From NCBI GenBank assembly GCA_030594205.1, contig JAUVFR010000003.1, forward strand, positions 19,489 through 83,488: a stretch of DNA of 64,000 nt, given 5' to 3'. This DNA comes from Methanobacteriota archaeon (GTDB taxonomy: Archaea > Thermoplasmatota > Thermoplasmata > RBG-16-68-12 > JAJISG01). This document shows positions 61,916-64,000 of the stretch, piece after piece. Position 1 is the first letter of the stretch; every line of letters starts with the position of its first letter. The notes under the pieces are model-generated. The model was not told the origin of the DNA. It ran no database searches and saw only the letters and a program-made list of their open reading frames with translations. A program made the position numbers and the translations under genes.

Positions 61916-64000
61916 ATGGCCGCGACGCTGACGCGCGGGCGGAGACAGAGCTATTACAAGAAGAAATTCTTCTTCTCAATCCGGGAACGGATTCTCCTCC
62001 ATCTCTCCGAGTATGGCATCTACGAGAACGAGATGGAAGCGCCGGACGAGCTGACTCAGTTCGGGATCGCCGAGGTGGTCCTTGCGGGTCGGAGCACCTG
62101 CTCCAAGATCCTCCAGGAAATGGAGGAGCGGGGTCTCCTCTACGGCCGCCGTGCGCACGTGCCTTCGGGGAAGATTCGCCGAACGGTTTACTTCCTGACC
62201 CCCCGCGGTCAGATGGAGGCCCAGAAGATCCGGCAGCGGGTCGAGGAGACGACGGTCAAGGTGCTTCGCCCCTCTGGGGAGCTCCAACGCCTTCGGGTCA
62301 CGGACATCCCCCGCGAGCTCCCCATCCACAGCCGCCTCGTCGACGTCGTGTGTCACATCCGCCGCGGGGTCCTCGACGAGCCCACGTTCGTCAAGGCCAT
62401 GAGCTCTCGGCGGAAGAAGGTCGCCTATCTCGGCGCTATGCCCCGGTTACGGCACTTCTTCGGTCGAGCCAAGGAACAGGAGACCCTCCGAGAGTGGTAC
62501 AAGGCGCCCAGGGGACGAATCCTCGTCCTCCACGGTCTCCCGGGCGTCGGAAAGACGACTCTGGCCGCCAAGTTCGTTGCCGACCTGCGAGAGGATACCA
62601 ACGTCTTCTGGTATCGCTTCCGCGAATGGAGCACGCTGCGCAGTGTCGTCCACGACGTCGGCGAGTTCCTGGCCCACCTGGGCAAGAAGGAGCTCCTGAT
62701 GTACGTGGAGACCCATGAGCACCTCGATATCCCCGAGGTCCTCTTCCTGCTCGAGAAGAACCTGCAGGGGATCGACGCCCTGCTCGTTTTCGACGATTAC
62801 GAGCGCGCGGAGGGGCTCGATGGGCACTTTGCCGCTTGGAAGGACTTCCTCGAAAAGGCCGAAGGACCCAAACTGCTCGTCCTCAGCCGTGTCGTCCCCA
62901 AGTTCTATGACCCCCGGGATGTCAGGGTCAAACGCCTCGTTCGGGAGGTGCGCCTGGGAGGTCTCGACCGGGGAGGCGCCACGACCCTTCTTGCCTTGAA
63001 AAACATACCTGAGTCGGCCGTGCCGGCCATCCTCAAGGCGACGAAGGGCCATCCGCTCTTCTTGGAGCTGATGCAAGGGCCCGACGTGACGGACCATGGC
63101 GACTTTGACGCCTTCCTTCAAGACCAGGTCTTCGGCCGGCTGCTCGGCGTCGAGCGTCGGACCCTCGGGCTGGCCTCGGTCTTCCGGGGACCCATCCACG
63201 CCGATGCCCTCTTCCTGGACGAAGACGTGGACTACGTGACCCTTACGTCCCTCGTGGACCAATCCCTCCTGCGGGAGCTGACCCCGAAAACGTATGACAT
63301 GCACGAGCTCATTCGCCGCTTCTTTGCGGAGAGGTTGACCCCCTCATCCCGCAAGCGGTACCACCGGTGGGCGGCCCGGTTCTACACCGCACGGGCAGGA
63401 CTCGGGGACCTTGTTGCGACCCAGTTCCACCACCTGCAGGCGGGGAGTCCTTCCAGCGCCGCTCGGGTGGCGATTCGCCACGGACGGGAGCTCATCGACG
63501 GGGGCTATCTGGAGGAATTCGGCCGGATCCTGGAGACCCTGCAGAATGAATCCTTGAATCCCCAGACGGACGTGCGGATTCGACTCCTCGCAGGCCGCAT
63601 CCAGGATGTTCGTGGGGAGTGGGATGACGCGGAAGTGGCGTACCGAGAGGTCGCCAGACTCGCGAAAGGCGGATCAGGGTCGACGCAGGTCGAAGCGGAA
63701 GCCTGCCGACTGCGAGGCGAACTCCTCCTAAACCGAGGAGCTTACGTGAAGGCGGAGACCGAACTCAGAAGGAGCTTGAAACTCTACGCCAGGGCGAAGG
63801 ACCGGGAGGGACAGGCGGCTGTCCACTATTCCCTGGGCTTCATCCAGAACCGGACGTGCGAGTTCATGGAGGCCTACCGGTCGTTCCGACGCGGGATGCG
63901 GCTACTGGAAGCGGATGGGGACCCGGCCATTAGGGCGAAGATCCTATACGGGTTCGGGGTGAACTACGGACAACGGGGCAACTATCGGAAGTCGGTCTCC
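61916..64000 (+). CDS. wHTH - STAND/NB-ARC-like P-loop NTPase - TPR repeat protein (3' end outside window)
   Basis: My own translation (open to the window edge, so absent from the ORF track). N-terminal wHTH (FGIAEVVLAGRSTCSKILQEMEERGLLYGRR...TVYFLTPRG), Walker A GLPGVGKTTLA, Walker B LLVFDDYE, the GHPLFLEL motif, then TPR-like repeats (EAEACRLRGELLLNRGAYVKAETELRRSLKLYARAKDREGQAAVHYSLG). Confidence 0.8.
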   Translation, partial: MAATLTRGRRQSYYKKKFFFSIRERILLHLSEYGIYENEMEAPDELTQFGIAEVVLAGRSTCSKILQEMEERGLLYGRRAHVPSGKIRRTVYFLTPRGQMEAQKIRQRVEETTVKVLRPSGELQRLRVTDIPRELPIHSRLVDVVCHIRRGVLDEPTFVKAMSSRRKKVAYLGAMPRLRHFFGRAKEQETLREWYKAPRGRILVLHGLPGVGKTTLAAKFVADLREDTNVFWYRFREWSTLRSVVHDVGEFLAHLGKKELLMYVETHEHLDIPEVLFLLEKNLQGIDALLVFDDYERAEGLDGHFAAWKDFLEKAEGPKLLVLSRVVPKFYDPRDVRVKRLVREVRLGGLDRGGATTLLALKNIPESAVPAILKATKGHPLFLELMQGPDVTDHGDFDAFLQDQVFGRLLGVERRTLGLASVFRGPIHADALFLDEDVDYVTLTSLVDQSLLRELTPKTYDMHELIRRFFAERLTPSSRKRYHRWAARFYTARAGLGDLVATQFHHLQAGSPSSAARVAIRHGRELIDGGYLEEFGRILETLQNESLNPQTDVRIRLLAGRIQDVRGEWDDAEVAYREVARLAKGGSGSTQVEAEACRLRGELLLNRGAYVKAETELRRSLKLYARAKDREGQAAVHYSLGFIQNRTCEFMEAYRSFRRGMRLLEADGDPAIRAKILYGFGVNYGQRGNYRKSVS

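Noticed and set aside
1-64000. CRISPR arrays, rRNA genes, IS elements and transposases.
   Set aside because: I saw no regularly spaced direct repeats, no rRNA-like conserved stretches and no transposase or integrase motifs in any frame.

Overview
GC-rich archaeal chromosomal segment. Archaeal hallmarks are TFB, RpoD/Rpo3, the S13-S4-S11 block, Hel308, class I LysRS, PurP, archaeal DTD2, Cgi121, GGGP and DGGGP synthases, and an intron-containing tRNA-Gln. The lineage cannot be fixed from sequence alone; gene content fits a Thermoplasmatota-like euryarchaeon. I support about 70 tightly packed genes and 2 tRNAs. I saw no rRNA, CRISPR array, integrase or transposase. Many long ORFs in the track are antisense artefacts of the high GC content. 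Genes are often joined by 4-nt NTGA stop/start overlaps. Three convergent gene pairs share a palindromic CTAG that encodes the stop on both strands. Several TATA-like boxes sit about 26 nt upstream of start codons, which suggests leaderless mRNAs. Main points for a second look: (1) an orphan NuoB/NuoI-like pair next to two F420-type oxidoreductases, a DUF59 Fe-S factor and a variant CCG-domain Fe-S protein (18441-23107); (2) an alkyl-DHAP-synthase-like FAD oxidase, GlpD-like G3P dehydrogenase and DAG-kinase-like lipid kinase operon (36358-40498); (3) two genes whose only plausible start is a CTG inside a CTGA stop/start overlap; (4) a GvpD/KaiC-like ATPase followed by a small wHTH gene, whose paralogue brackets a TrxB-Rieske-OsmC redox island, both paralogues keeping the same cysteine pair; (5) a wHTH-STAND-TPR NTPase at the right edge; (6) a high density of frameshifted or truncated genes, which reflects either indel errors in the assembly or real gene decay.
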